Assembly: GCA_023134145.1 (NCBI GenBank)
Contig: JAGLUW010000017.1
Span: 43,136-107,135 of the forward strand
Length of the DNA: 64,000 nucleotides
Origin: Sulfuriflexus sp.
Lineage (GTDB): Bacteria; Pseudomonadota; Gammaproteobacteria; AKS1
Reading direction: 5' to 3'
Shown here: piece after piece, positions 30,438-40,218 of the stretch
Layout of the letters: each line of letters starts with the position of its first letter
Numbering within the stretch: position 1 is the first letter of the stretch
The notes under the pieces: generated by a model
Told to the model about the DNA's origin: nothing
The model's database searches: none
The model's input: only the letters and a program-made list of their open reading frames with translations
Made by a program: the position numbers and the translations under genes

Positions 30438-30782
30438 ATGGCTGATTGCCTATTTTGCAAAATGGTCGCGGGCGAGATTACGCCTGATACCGTCTATGAA
30501 GATGAAAATGTATTGGCGTTTCGAGATATTAGTCCGCAAGCACCGATGCATGTGCTGGTGATTCCGAAACGTCATATTTCTACTTTGAATGATCTAGGCG
30601 AAGATGACGCTCAGTTAGCGGGTCAACTGACATTGGCTGCCGCTAAAGTGGCAGAACAAGAGGGTGTTGCTGATACAGGATATCGCACGGTAATGAACTG
30701 TAATGCAGATGGAGGCCAAACCGTGTTTCATATTCATATGCATGTATTGGCAGGCCGAAACCTGACCTGGCCACCGGGTTAG
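30438..30782 (+). CDS. hinT: Histidine triad nucleotide-binding protein
   Basis: DCLFCK, HVLVIPK, GQTVFHIHMH, WPPG; GAGGA RBS before ATG 30438. Confidence 0.93.
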   Translation: MADCLFCKMVAGEITPDTVYEDENVLAFRDISPQAPMHVLVIPKRHISTLNDLGEDDAQLAGQLTLAAAKVAEQEGVADTGYRTVMNCNADGGQTVFHIHMHVLAGRNLTWPPG

Positions 30783-30785
30783 CTA

Positions 30786-31115
30786 TCAGCGCATTTCCTT
30801 GTAGTGTGTTATGCCAACCATCAGCACAATTGCGGCTGGAATTAGGCTGGTGGGGTTGAAACCGACAAGGTTGATTAGCATAGCCTGTTCAATAACCGTG
30901 ATGCTGGTAAACAGGAGCACTCCCCATTTGCGCATTTGCCAATAGCCTACAATGGCAATCAGTTGGCCGCAGCTAAGCGCAACATAATACATAGAGAACC
31001 AGTCGGGCAATCCAGTAAGTTGAGCGTTAGAGAAGTGGTAGAGGCCGTAGCCTACGTATAGGGTCCAGATAAGACAAATGGCGCTAATCGGGCCTGGGCG
31101 GTCATCAAAGTTCAT
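30786..31115 (-). CDS. Small membrane protein
   Basis: About four hydrophobic helices; GYWQMRKWG. Confidence 0.7.
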   Translation of the reverse strand: MNFDDRPGPISAICLIWTLYVGYGLYHFSNAQLTGLPDWFSMYYVALSCGQLIAIVGYWQMRKWGVLLFTSITVIEQAMLINLVGFNPTSLIPAAIVLMVGITHYKEMR

Positions 31116-31236
31116 ACTATACGATACCTGTAATAAAACAAATCAGGCGGCATTCTATGGCGTTTAGCCAATAAGGTACAGCTCTACATCTTTGGCTAAT
31201 AGCCGATTAATATAGATTCTATAAAAAATATTTAAG

Positions 31237-31509
31237 TTATTGTTTTATAAGTTTTTCATCAACTTCTTTTTCAGCAGTAAGCCAGTCTTCTATAGCATTG
31301 TCCGGCACAAATCCTCGTTGCTGAGCATTGAAATAAGCTGTTTCTTCAACCATTTTTTGTCGAAGCGCAGGATCAATGACTTTGTTATCACTTTTGCGAG
31401 TGGTTTTGGTTATTTTCTTTTTGCTTGCAGTCGCAGCTCTAGATTTTTTAGCGACTTTTTTGCTGGTCTTTTTCTTGGCTTTACTGACTTTGCCGGTAGA
31501 GTTTGCCAT
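31237..31509 (-). CDS. DUF2934 domain protein with Lys-rich N-terminus
   Basis: AYFNAQQRGF...DWLTAEKE; GGAGGGAG RBS. Confidence 0.88.
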   Translation of the reverse strand: MANSTGKVSKAKKKTSKKVAKKSRAATASKKKITKTTRKSDNKVIDPALRQKMVEETAYFNAQQRGFVPDNAIEDWLTAEKEVDEKLIKQ

Positions 31510-31678
31510 GAAAACTCCCTCCATAATGTTTTCAGCCGGATTGGATGAGCTTCATACTATAACGCTAAAAACAAGATGATCCCAATAAGCTCAGTTTACA
31601 ACCCACATTGATAGCATGGATATATTTTGTAGGTATCTGCTAATATATAAAGGATTCAGCAGTCGAACAGGGACAGGG

Positions 31679-31984
31679 ATGCAAGTTCGTTCATTATCAG
31701 GATTCGTTTTACCGCGGCTGCCGACCAATGCCTCTGCTGATGTTGTTACGCCAGTCCCGTCTTCTGAGCAACGTGCTCAACCATCTTCTCCGATTCCTTA
31801 TCCTCGTAAAGTAACTAGCAATGAGCAGGTGATTTTAGCGAGACAAAATCAAGGTTACAGCTATACAAAAATTGAGGCTAATGGTTCAAAGGCATCACAA
31901 GCACTACAAACCTATTTTGATATTCAAACACAAGATGAGCGAGAACGGTCACAAGCCTTACTTGGCGTTGATATTCACGCTTAA
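31679..31984 (+). CDS. Hypothetical protein
   Basis: ATG after AGGG; ALQTY...LGVDIHA C-terminus. Confidence 0.6.
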   Translation: MQVRSLSGFVLPRLPTNASADVVTPVPSSEQRAQPSSPIPYPRKVTSNEQVILARQNQGYSYTKIEANGSKASQALQTYFDIQTQDERERSQALLGVDIHA

Positions 31985-31995
31985 TTCAAAAGAGA

Positions 31996-33585
31996 TTAGT
32001 CGTAGTCTTCATTTAATGAATTAAGAAAAGCAATTAGATATTCGGAATCACTGCTCACTAATTTTATTTTTAATAATTCAGTATTAGTATTTCTTAAACG
32101 GCCTTGTCGAGCCAGTTCACTGTTGCCGATATACATGGCAATCACTTTGTTAAGCGTATTGAGTTCGCCTGTGTGCATGTAAGGTGCGGAATGGCCTGTA
32201 TCACGTAGGCTCGGTGTTTTAAATGCCGCAATACTTTTGTCTAACATGATATCGGCTGTGCAATTTTTTATTTTTTCACAAAGAATCGCTTTTATTTTTT
32301 CCTGTGGGCCAGGGATATTAGCGTTAGCAGTAATATTCCACAGTCCTAGATCAGTGTGTTCTGGCTTTTTCGAATTTGGTTTTGCACGAAATATTGATAA
32401 AGCATTTGGATGCCTTGCGCTTGCAGGAAGGTATTTTTCCACGTTATTGCTTCGTTCCGTGAAGTTAGGGATTTTGATTTTATTAAACGCACCAATACCA
32501 TGTGGTTGGTCGTATTGATTTTGACTGATACCTGTATTGTGAAAACGAAAATCAGTAAAGTGAGGAGCTTGGTGGCAACTGGCACAGTTCCCGCCACTTT
32601 GTGTTGAGCTTCCGCTGCGCAAGAACAATTGTAAGCCTTTTAATTCCTTTTCTGCGAACGAAAATTTTTGCTTATGTGTTTCAAATTTACCTTGTTTTTC
32701 GGAAACAAAAACAGGTTCTTTTAATTGATTTATTTTTCCAAGTAGGCGCTGGCCATAAGAAAGAGGCGATTCATTCTTTTCAGGAGAGCGAGGCAATTTA
32801 TTTGCTGTTAGGAATGCATCGTAAGGGCTACCATTATAAAGGCCTTTTTTGTCGGTCGAAAAATTAAGAGCTTCCATGTAGGCAGTAATTAATTTTGCAA
32901 CTGCATCGAGTATTTCTGCATCAGATGCGGTTTCAGTATCAATGCGGTATTCGGTAGGTAGGCGAAATTCTGTGGCTAAATCTTTGTCAGTGCCCTTTAG
33001 AATTTTTTTATAACTACCACCAAATTCACTAGCTAGTTTACCTTTACCATCATCATTGCGAATAATGTTGGCAACATGTTTTATTGCCATTTCTTTTTCT
33101 GTTGCTTGCCAACCAAAATTACGGCCAGTAAAGGTGCCAACAACGAGATCTTCAAGACTGTTAAATTCACCATCGAAATGAAACAGGATATTGCTGACAT
33201 CTGTTTTGCTGATGTTAACAAGGCTCATACTATTGCGACCGGTTTGATGTTTACCATCGTTTCTATTGGGAATAGGGCTGGCTGCCGCAAAATCGGCATA
33301 GGTTCGTGTGCCAAGATCGTCTTTATGTTCATCTACCATATGGCATGCTCGGCAATTCATTGTGCCGCGGGCATATTTACCGGCACGAGATTTAGCCGTG
33401 GTGATTGTGTTTGCTAATGCGGGATCGGCTTTACTGGGGTTTACTTTCCAAGCTTGTGCAAAGCGCGTCTCCAAAAATAGTCTTTCACCAATGGCAACTT
33501 CGGCGAGATCTTGCTTGTTATTGGCAAAGACGTTACTTGAAATGGCGATAAGCAGCGAAAGGGTCGTTAATGTGATTTTCTTCAT
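31996..33585 (-). CDS. Di-heme cytochrome c peroxidase / MauG-MbnH family protein
   Basis: Signal peptide, GERLF, CRACH, RNSMSL, FHFDG, CASCH, FKTPSLRD, APYMHTG. Confidence 0.87.
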   Translation of the reverse strand: MKKITLTTLSLLIAISSNVFANNKQDLAEVAIGERLFLETRFAQAWKVNPSKADPALANTITTAKSRAGKYARGTMNCRACHMVDEHKDDLGTRTYADFAAASPIPNRNDGKHQTGRNSMSLVNISKTDVSNILFHFDGEFNSLEDLVVGTFTGRNFGWQATEKEMAIKHVANIIRNDDGKGKLASEFGGSYKKILKGTDKDLATEFRLPTEYRIDTETASDAEILDAVAKLITAYMEALNFSTDKKGLYNGSPYDAFLTANKLPRSPEKNESPLSYGQRLLGKINQLKEPVFVSEKQGKFETHKQKFSFAEKELKGLQLFLRSGSSTQSGGNCASCHQAPHFTDFRFHNTGISQNQYDQPHGIGAFNKIKIPNFTERSNNVEKYLPASARHPNALSIFRAKPNSKKPEHTDLGLWNITANANIPGPQEKIKAILCEKIKNCTADIMLDKSIAAFKTPSLRDTGHSAPYMHTGELNTLNKVIAMYIGNSELARQGRLRNTNTELLKIKLVSSDSEYLIAFLNSLNEDYD

Positions 33586-33616
33586 AGTCTATTTCATATT
33601 GTGTATGATTCTATAT

Positions 33617-33635
33617 GCAAATAGTAATCGTTATC
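33617..33635. promoter_or_regulatory. Putative Fur box upstream of the di-heme peroxidase
   Basis: GCAAATAGTAATCGTTATC matches GATAATGATAATCATTATC at 14/19. Confidence 0.65.
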
Positions 33636-33859
33636 ATTAGCGTTTGCAATGTTCATATTAACAATATGGGTTAAAAATTACCCTCAGCACAAAATAATCG
33701 CAATACGCCTTATATATGAGCTCGCTTATTATGAATTCCAGAATAATTAACTGTAAATGATTTGGGTATTCCAATGAGCGCCAAATATTACTATATTGAA
33801 TGTGGGGATGGGGTTAGTATCGGATCTCTCAAGGTAGAGACAATTGTCGAGATACAAAA

Positions 33860-35032
33860 ATGCTAAAGACAGGGAATTTGAGTCTTGGAGATGGTCAGAG
33901 TGTCCGTCAGCGCGCAGAGGCTCCAAAAGTATTGGCTGCTCTTATTCAAGAAGCAGGCATCAGTTTTAATGGCACTTCAGCCTGGGATATTCAGATTCAT
34001 GATGAAGCTGCTTACCAGCGAATACTATCAAAAGGTTCCTTAGGGCTCGGTGAAGCTTATGTTGATGGTTTATGGGATGCGCATTCATTGGATGAGTTAT
34101 TCACTCGCTTAATTGATTTTGACATTGATCAAAAAGTGGTCGGCTGGGCAAAGATTAGATTGTTAGGTGAAATGCTTCGACATAAATTTTCGAATTTACA
34201 ATCGACCAAGCGCGCCTTTCAAGTGGGTGAACAGCATTACGATACGGGTAATGATGTATTTGAAGCAATGCTCGATCCGACAATGAGTTATTCATGTGGT
34301 TTTTGGGAAAAAGCAGAAACACTTGAGCAAGCACAACTAAATAAATTAGACATGATTTGCCGTAAATTGGATTTACAACCCGGCGAACAACTTCTGGAGA
34401 TTGGTTGTGGTTGGGGTGGACTGGCGAGTTATGCGGCAGAAAATTATGGCGTTGAAGTAGCCGGTGTTACGGTATCGAAAGAACAGCAAGCTTTAGCGAG
34501 ACAGCGTTGTGCGGGTTTACCTGTAAAGATAAAATTAATGGATTATCGTGATTTGAAAGGGCAGTTTGATAAGATCGTTTCAGTCGGTATGTTTGAACAT
34601 GTTGGTGCGAAGAACTACCCAGTTTACTTTGAGAGTGCGGAAAGATTATTAAAACAGAATGGTTTGTTCTTACTTCATACTATAGGTAATCATTGCACTA
34701 CAAAGTCAGTTGACCCATGGATAGATAAATATATTTTCCCTAATGGTAAACTGCCATCAGCACGTGAAGTTTCTTCAGTTATTGAAAATAAATTCATTAT
34801 TGAAGACTGGCATAATTTTGGCCAAGATTATGACAAGACACTGATGGCATGGATGGATAATTTTGATAAGGCCTGGCCAGCATTAAAGTCTGAATATAGC
34901 GAACGATTCTACAGAATGTGGAAATATTATTTACTCTCTTGCGCCGGATATTTTCGGTGTCGGCAAGGACAATTATGGCAATTGGTGTTGAGTAAACGTG
35001 CTCGTTCGGATTGTTATCGTTCTGTTCGTTAG
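33860..35032 (+). CDS. cfa: Cyclopropane fatty acyl phospholipid synthase
   Basis: GSLGLGEAY, HYDTGN, YSC, EIGCGWG, SVGMFEHVG, YIFPNG, RMWKYYL. Confidence 0.95.
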   Translation: MLKTGNLSLGDGQSVRQRAEAPKVLAALIQEAGISFNGTSAWDIQIHDEAAYQRILSKGSLGLGEAYVDGLWDAHSLDELFTRLIDFDIDQKVVGWAKIRLLGEMLRHKFSNLQSTKRAFQVGEQHYDTGNDVFEAMLDPTMSYSCGFWEKAETLEQAQLNKLDMICRKLDLQPGEQLLEIGCGWGGLASYAAENYGVEVAGVTVSKEQQALARQRCAGLPVKIKLMDYRDLKGQFDKIVSVGMFEHVGAKNYPVYFESAERLLKQNGLFLLHTIGNHCTTKSVDPWIDKYIFPNGKLPSAREVSSVIENKFIIEDWHNFGQDYDKTLMAWMDNFDKAWPALKSEYSERFYRMWKYYLLSCAGYFRCRQGQLWQLVLSKRARSDCYRSVR

Positions 35033-35051
35033 AATTATATAGTTTGAAAAT

Positions 35052-35092
35052 AAAAAAGGATGACTCAATAAAATGAGTCATCCTTTATTTTT
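35052..35092. terminator. Bidirectional intrinsic terminator
   Basis: AAAGGATGACTCA-ataaaa-TGAGTCATCCTTT between convergent genes. Confidence 0.85.
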
Positions 35093-35107
35093 ACACAACC
35101 AAGTATG

Positions 35108-35836
35108 TTATTTATTCAGGTAAGTCTCTAACTCGGTAGAGCCACCAATGTGAGTTCCATCAATAAATACTTGTGGCACTGTTTCTAGACCTGTCATGGC
35201 TCGAACAGAACGTAAGCTTGCACCACCACCTAGTACAATTTCTTCATAAGCCATACTGTTGTCACCTAACATCGCTTTAGCCTTTATGCAGAATGGGCAA
35301 CCAGGGCGAGTGATGATACTAACCGCACGTGGTTTTTCTGCATTAGGGTTGATGTAATTCAACATTGTATCTGCATCTGAAACCTCAAAAGGATCGCCAG
35401 CAACATCCGGCTCAATGAATTGTTTCTCAACAACACCATTTTTCACCAACATAGAGTAACGCCATGAACGTTTACCGAAACCAAGATCTGATTTATCAAC
35501 CAACATATTCATGCCAGCACTAAATTCGCCATTACCATCAGGAATGACCGTAATATTTTCTGCTTCCTGATTTTCTTTCCATGCATCCATGACAAAGGCA
35601 TCGTTCACAGACATGCAGACAATTTCATCTACGCCATTTTCCTTAAGCACACTGGCTAATTCGTTATAACGCGGTAAATGTGTTGAAGAGCAGGTTGGGG
35701 TGAATGCGCCAGGTAGTGAGAAAACGATAACGGTTTTATCTTTAAATATGTCATCTGTAGTCACATCCACGAATTCACCATTTTGACGAGTCTTAAAAGT
35801 GACGCTTGGTACACTTTGGCTTTCATGATTTTCCAT
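35108..35836 (-). CDS. Hybrid peroxiredoxin (Prx5)-glutaredoxin
   Basis: PGAFTPTCS, SVND.FVM, RSWRYS; Grx CPFC and TVPQVF; GGAG RBS before ATG 35836. Confidence 0.95.
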   Translation of the reverse strand: MENHESQSVPSVTFKTRQNGEFVDVTTDDIFKDKTVIVFSLPGAFTPTCSSTHLPRYNELASVLKENGVDEIVCMSVNDAFVMDAWKENQEAENITVIPDGNGEFSAGMNMLVDKSDLGFGKRSWRYSMLVKNGVVEKQFIEPDVAGDPFEVSDADTMLNYINPNAEKPRAVSIITRPGCPFCIKAKAMLGDNSMAYEEIVLGGGASLRSVRAMTGLETVPQVFIDGTHIGGSTELETYLNK

Positions 35837-35922
35837 TTTATTCTCCAATAATTGTCTGAATATGTTGAACAGCATTTCACTGAACCTGGGGCTATTATCC
35901 TGCTTTACTGGTAATTGTAAAA

Positions 35923-35959
35923 ATCGTTTATTTCTACTATTATGATAGTTAATACCTAT
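35923..35959. promoter_or_regulatory. OxyR binding site
   Basis: ATCG-N7-CTAC-N7-ATAG-N7-CTAT, 14/16 match to the OxyR consensus, between divergent Prx-Grx and oxyR. Confidence 0.85.
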
Positions 35960-35975
35960 TGATGTGGTGATGTCA

Positions 35976-36878
35976 ATGAAATTACGTGATCTAGAATATT
36001 TGGTGGCAGTGGCGGAAGAACGTCATTTTCACAAGGCTGCTGCACGCTGCCATGTCAGTCAGCCGACACTTAGTGGGCAATTAAAGAAGCTTGAAGACGA
36101 GCTTGGTGTACTGTTAGTGGAACGTACCAACCGCCAAGTCACAATGACCGAAGTGGGCTTGGCGGTGACGGAGCAGGCCAGAAAGGTTCTGTGTGAAGCG
36201 AAAGTAATTAGTGAAATTAGCCAGGCCTATCAAGATCCAATGAAGGGAGATCTGCATATAGGCATTATTCCGACCATTGCTCCTTATCTCTTGCCGATTA
36301 TTATGCCGGCATTGAATAAAACATTTACGAAAATGAAATTCTGGTTATATGAATATCAGACACATATTTTATTAGATAAATTAAAACACGGTGAACTGGA
36401 TTGTTTGATCTTGGCATTACCAATAGAAAAGCATGATTTTGTTGAGATTGATTTATTTAGAGAGCCATTTCGTCTTGCTGTAGAGCGAGGCAACTTATTG
36501 GCGAAGAAAAAAGAAATCACTTTGGGAGATATTGCAAATCAGGAAATGTTATTACTAGAAGAAGGTCATTGCCTTCGTGGCCATGTGTTAGATGTTTGTC
36601 ATTTGGTCGGAACGAAAGGAACATCACAATTTCAAGCAACCAGTTTAGAAACCTTACGGCATATGATTGGCGAGGGCGTGGGTATGACGTTGATGCCAGA
36701 ACTTGCTGTGCCAGATAAAACATCGAAACGTGATTTGATTCAATACTTGCCGTTCAGCGATCCTAAACCAAATCGTCGGATCGGAATGTTGTATCGTAAA
36801 AACAGTTATCGTGAAGATGCATTTGAAAATATAAACGAGGTTATTCGAGCGGCTCTGCCGATTAATATCTTCTTTTGA
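35976..36878 (+). CDS. oxyR: Hydrogen peroxide-responsive regulator OxyR
   Basis: LysR HTH; LLLEEGHCLRGHVLDVC with both redox cysteines; ATSLETL. Confidence 0.95.
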   Translation: MKLRDLEYLVAVAEERHFHKAAARCHVSQPTLSGQLKKLEDELGVLLVERTNRQVTMTEVGLAVTEQARKVLCEAKVISEISQAYQDPMKGDLHIGIIPTIAPYLLPIIMPALNKTFTKMKFWLYEYQTHILLDKLKHGELDCLILALPIEKHDFVEIDLFREPFRLAVERGNLLAKKKEITLGDIANQEMLLLEEGHCLRGHVLDVCHLVGTKGTSQFQATSLETLRHMIGEGVGMTLMPELAVPDKTSKRDLIQYLPFSDPKPNRRIGMLYRKNSYREDAFENINEVIRAALPINIFF

Positions 36879-36892
36879 TTTAGATTGTTGAA

Positions 36893-37474
36893 TTAAGGAT
36901 GTTCTAGAAATTCTTTGGCATATTTTTTTAATTTATTATTAAGATCATCTGCAATAATATTTAAGTCTTGTTGTAATAACCCTAGATGAGGTTCATTAAC
37001 ATCGTTCAGATTAGGTTGTATGCTATACGCAAGTCGGCTGTTCATCGAAAATTCACTGAGCACGATATGCCATGGGTGTTTAAGACATTTATGTTGATTT
37101 AACAGCGCGATATGCCGACATAATAATTTTACATATGCAGATGAGGCGGTATAAAAACATACTTGTGGTAACTTCCATAAAGTATTATTTTCATTCATGT
37201 GACCTTCACATGACCAGCATGTTTGTATTAGCTGCGTTGCCATCAGTTCATAAACAAGGGGCACAACATTCTTCTCTATAGGGTAAAGCACAGGATCAAT
37301 TGATAGTGCTTCGGCTGCATCAGTACATTTGCTAGAACAGTCATCCGGGGTGTGCTGTTGGCAACCGGGGCAAGGCGCAAGTTGTTGAGGGCTGGGCTGC
37401 TCGAGGAACAGCCTTAAATCTTCTTTAATATTCGAATCAGCAAAGAATGATTCTTCTGGTACTGGAATCTTCAT
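36893..37474 (-). CDS. Cys-rich hypothetical protein with TCWSCEGH motif
   Basis: CPGC...C...C, SIDP..YPIE, TCWSCEGH; GAGG RBS. Confidence 0.75.
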   Translation of the reverse strand: MKIPVPEESFFADSNIKEDLRLFLEQPSPQQLAPCPGCQQHTPDDCSSKCTDAAEALSIDPVLYPIEKNVVPLVYELMATQLIQTCWSCEGHMNENNTLWKLPQVCFYTASSAYVKLLCRHIALLNQHKCLKHPWHIVLSEFSMNSRLAYSIQPNLNDVNEPHLGLLQQDLNIIADDLNNKLKKYAKEFLEHP

Positions 37475-37491
37475 TTTTCCTCATTGACCAC

Positions 37492-37518
37492 TCAATATTT
37501 TCTAAGTGTGACCGATAT
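37492..37518 (+). promoter_or_regulatory. Weak putative sigma28 promoter toward the 37583 gene
   Basis: TCAA-N15-ACCGATAT. Confidence 0.35.
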
Positions 37519-37536
37519 ATTATTTAGTTAGTAAAT

Positions 37537-37563
37537 GTATCGGTAATAGTCATATAAACTTTA
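37537..37563 (-). promoter_or_regulatory. Putative sigma28 promoter for the 36893-37474 gene
   Basis: Minus strand TAAAGTTT-N11-ACCGATAC (perfect extended -35). Confidence 0.7.
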
Positions 37564-37582
37564 ATGGAATTCCTCTTAAATT

Positions 37583-38353
37583 ATGCAAATATTTGGTCAG
37601 CACTTTAACCGTAATTGGTTGATACCACTGGTAAATAGGCCAATAGATAAAATAACAGGTAATTATTGTGGTAAAAATTATACTGCGAAATTTATAATTA
37701 CTAATTATGCGGCGCATATTGATGCACATTTTGCTGATATTGTTAGGGGTAATTTATTAGGGTTTTGTACTCAATCTGAGGTGCCATTTAATTTTATTCA
37801 TTTTGGTGTGGTCATTGAGTTTATAGATGCTATTGAGCTGACATTGCATGACGATGAATTGATGTTGGATGAAGGTCTTCGTGAATTGATTGCTGCGGTT
37901 GGTGCTGTGATTATTAAGAATGCGTATATGACGGATAAATTACGCAAGCTCGGTCATCGTAATCGTTTTCCACATTTGAATTTTCATGTTGATCGTACGG
38001 CTAACCAACCAACACATTACTCAATGTATGCCCGTGACCCCTTTGACGAAGAACAGCAGCACCCACGGAAATCATCGACTTTATTTATCCCTAATATCGT
38101 GGGTCACCTACAAGGGATTCGTGATGGACTTGTTGACCCACTGAAAGACAAAGGTGTTAGAGCAACTTACAGATTGTTTGAAAATGATCCCGTTAATGAG
38201 TTAATCGATGATTTGATTATTGAGCATCGCTGGGATGAGCCACATGGCGTTGGTGAAATTTCTATGTTGGACAATACGACGCTGCTGCATTCGAGCTATT
38301 ATCGAAATGTGTCAGAGAAGGGCTATAAAATTGGTGTTCGTTATTTAGCCTAG
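37583..38353 (+). CDS. Putative TauD/clavaminate synthase-like Fe(II) oxygenase
   Basis: HxD (FHVDR) and distal DN..LLH (HRWD...MLDNTTLLH). Confidence 0.55.
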   Translation: MQIFGQHFNRNWLIPLVNRPIDKITGNYCGKNYTAKFIITNYAAHIDAHFADIVRGNLLGFCTQSEVPFNFIHFGVVIEFIDAIELTLHDDELMLDEGLRELIAAVGAVIIKNAYMTDKLRKLGHRNRFPHLNFHVDRTANQPTHYSMYARDPFDEEQQHPRKSSTLFIPNIVGHLQGIRDGLVDPLKDKGVRATYRLFENDPVNELIDDLIIEHRWDEPHGVGEISMLDNTTLLHSSYYRNVSEKGYKIGVRYLA

Positions 38354-38375
38354 TGCTTAATGGTTGTTTAAAAGC

Positions 38376-39758
38376 TTAATTAAGTTTGCGTACGCGGAAC
38401 ATACGACCTTTTATTTTCCCTTCAGACAATATCTTTAATGCTTGTTTGGCAATGGGTCGTTCAACAGCAACATAGGCAAGGTGATCGGCAATATCTATCT
38501 TGCCGATTTGTTTGCCAAGAATAACTTTATTCGCAGTTAGCGCGCCTAGTAGGTCACCTGCACGCACCTTATCTTTTCGACCACCGTTAACAACCAAAGT
38601 GACCATTTCTGGAATAAGTTTAAAGTGTTCACGAGGTTTAAGTGTGGCGGTGTGATCGATTCGAGCCGATATATTCTGATACTTTTCAATCGCACTGACC
38701 TTGGGTGCTTCAGACGCCATGAATAGGCTTAATGCGAGTCCTTCTTTACCTGCGCGACCAGTACGACCAATACGATGAACGTGTACATCAGGATCCGGTG
38801 ATAACTCAAAGTTAATAACTGCTTCAAGATCTTTTATATCTAATCCTCGTGCCGCCACATCAGTGGCGATAAGAATCGAGCTGCTTTTATTTGAGAATTG
38901 AACTAATACTCGGTCACGTTCATTTTGGTCTAGATCGCCATGTAAGGCCAAAGCATGAAATCCTTTTGCCCAAAGTTCTTCTGCAAGATCCTGACATTGA
39001 TGTTTTCGATTACAAAACACCACACTAGACTGTGGGCGATAATGGTGAATGAGGGCAATCAGCTTTTCGGTTCTTTCATCACGCTCAATTTCATAGAAGA
39101 TCTGTTTTATTTTATTTTCTTCAACAGGATCTTCGACGCGAACATCAATAGGATCGATTTGTATAGCAAGACTAATATCTTTTATTTCTTCGGGATAGGT
39201 CGCCGAGAACAACAAGGTTTGTCTTTCCTGCGGCATCGCATCGATAATCTGCATTATGTCTTCTTGAAAACCCATATCGAGCATACGATCGGCTTCATCA
39301 AGTACTAACATATTTAAACGGTTCAGTCTTAGCGAACCTTTTTTGAGATGTTTTAATATACGTCCGGGGGTACCGACAACAACGTGTGGCCTATGTTCAA
39401 GAGAAGCCAGTTGTGGGCCAAAGGGTTTACCACCGCATAAGGTAAGCACCTTAGTGTTAGGTATCGCACGTGCGAGACGACGAATTTCTTTACTGACTTG
39501 ATCGGCGAGTTCGCGAGTAGGACACATCACCAGTGCTTGAGTTTGATAAGTTAATATATCAAGCCCATCTAATAAGCCGATGGCAAAGGCAGCTGTTTTT
39601 CCGCTACCGGTTTTCGCCTGCGCTAATATATCTTGACCATCGAGTACCAGCGGCAGACTTTGCGCTTGTATAGGCGTCATTGTCTCGTAACCGAGTGACT
39701 TAATATTGGCTAGAACCTCGGGGGCTAAAGCAAGAGATGAGAAGGTAGTATTGGTCAC
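38376..39758 (-). CDS. dbpA: ATP-dependent RNA helicase DbpA
   Basis: Q motif, AKTGSGKT, PTRELA, DEAD, SAT, HRIGRTGR, C-terminal RBD GGRKDKVRAGDLLGAL. Confidence 0.96.
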   Translation of the reverse strand: MTNTTFSSLALAPEVLANIKSLGYETMTPIQAQSLPLVLDGQDILAQAKTGSGKTAAFAIGLLDGLDILTYQTQALVMCPTRELADQVSKEIRRLARAIPNTKVLTLCGGKPFGPQLASLEHRPHVVVGTPGRILKHLKKGSLRLNRLNMLVLDEADRMLDMGFQEDIMQIIDAMPQERQTLLFSATYPEEIKDISLAIQIDPIDVRVEDPVEENKIKQIFYEIERDERTEKLIALIHHYRPQSSVVFCNRKHQCQDLAEELWAKGFHALALHGDLDQNERDRVLVQFSNKSSSILIATDVAARGLDIKDLEAVINFELSPDPDVHVHRIGRTGRAGKEGLALSLFMASEAPKVSAIEKYQNISARIDHTATLKPREHFKLIPEMVTLVVNGGRKDKVRAGDLLGALTANKVILGKQIGKIDIADHLAYVAVERPIAKQALKILSEGKIKGRMFRVRKLN

Positions 39759-39931
39759 GTCAGATCAGTCTTTATAGTCGGTTAGCAAGGCCGCGCATGA
39801 TAGCAGATAAGTGTTCAAATGGCTTATTTATGCACGGTTTTAATGGTATCTAAAGCGGACTTTTCGGCATTTTTGCTGATTTATCTGATATGATCGAGCC
39901 CTGTTATTGATAAACAATTTTGGAGAACTCC

Positions 39932-40213
39932 ATGGCCAGCGCCAGTGCAAGACACATACTCGTAGAAACTGAAGAACTTTGTAATGACTTGAAGCAACAA
40001 ATAGCCGATGGTGCTAGTTTTGCAGATATCGCAAAAGAACATTCATCATGCCCATCAGGCCAAAATGGTGGTGAGTTAGGTGAATTTGGTCCAGGCCAAA
40101 TGGTTCCTGAATTTGATACGGTTGTTTTCAACGAAGAAATCAATGTTGTGCATGGCCCAGTACAAACTCAGTTCGGTTTCCACTTGCTGGAAACAACGAG
40201 CCGTACAGACTAA
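39932..40213 (+). CDS. ppiC: Parvulin peptidyl-prolyl isomerase
   Basis: ARHILV, HSSCPSG, GGELG, MVPEFD, TQFGFH. Confidence 0.92.
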   Translation: MASASARHILVETEELCNDLKQQIADGASFADIAKEHSSCPSGQNGGELGEFGPGQMVPEFDTVVFNEEINVVHGPVQTQFGFHLLETTSRTD

Positions 40214-40218
40214 TCGCG

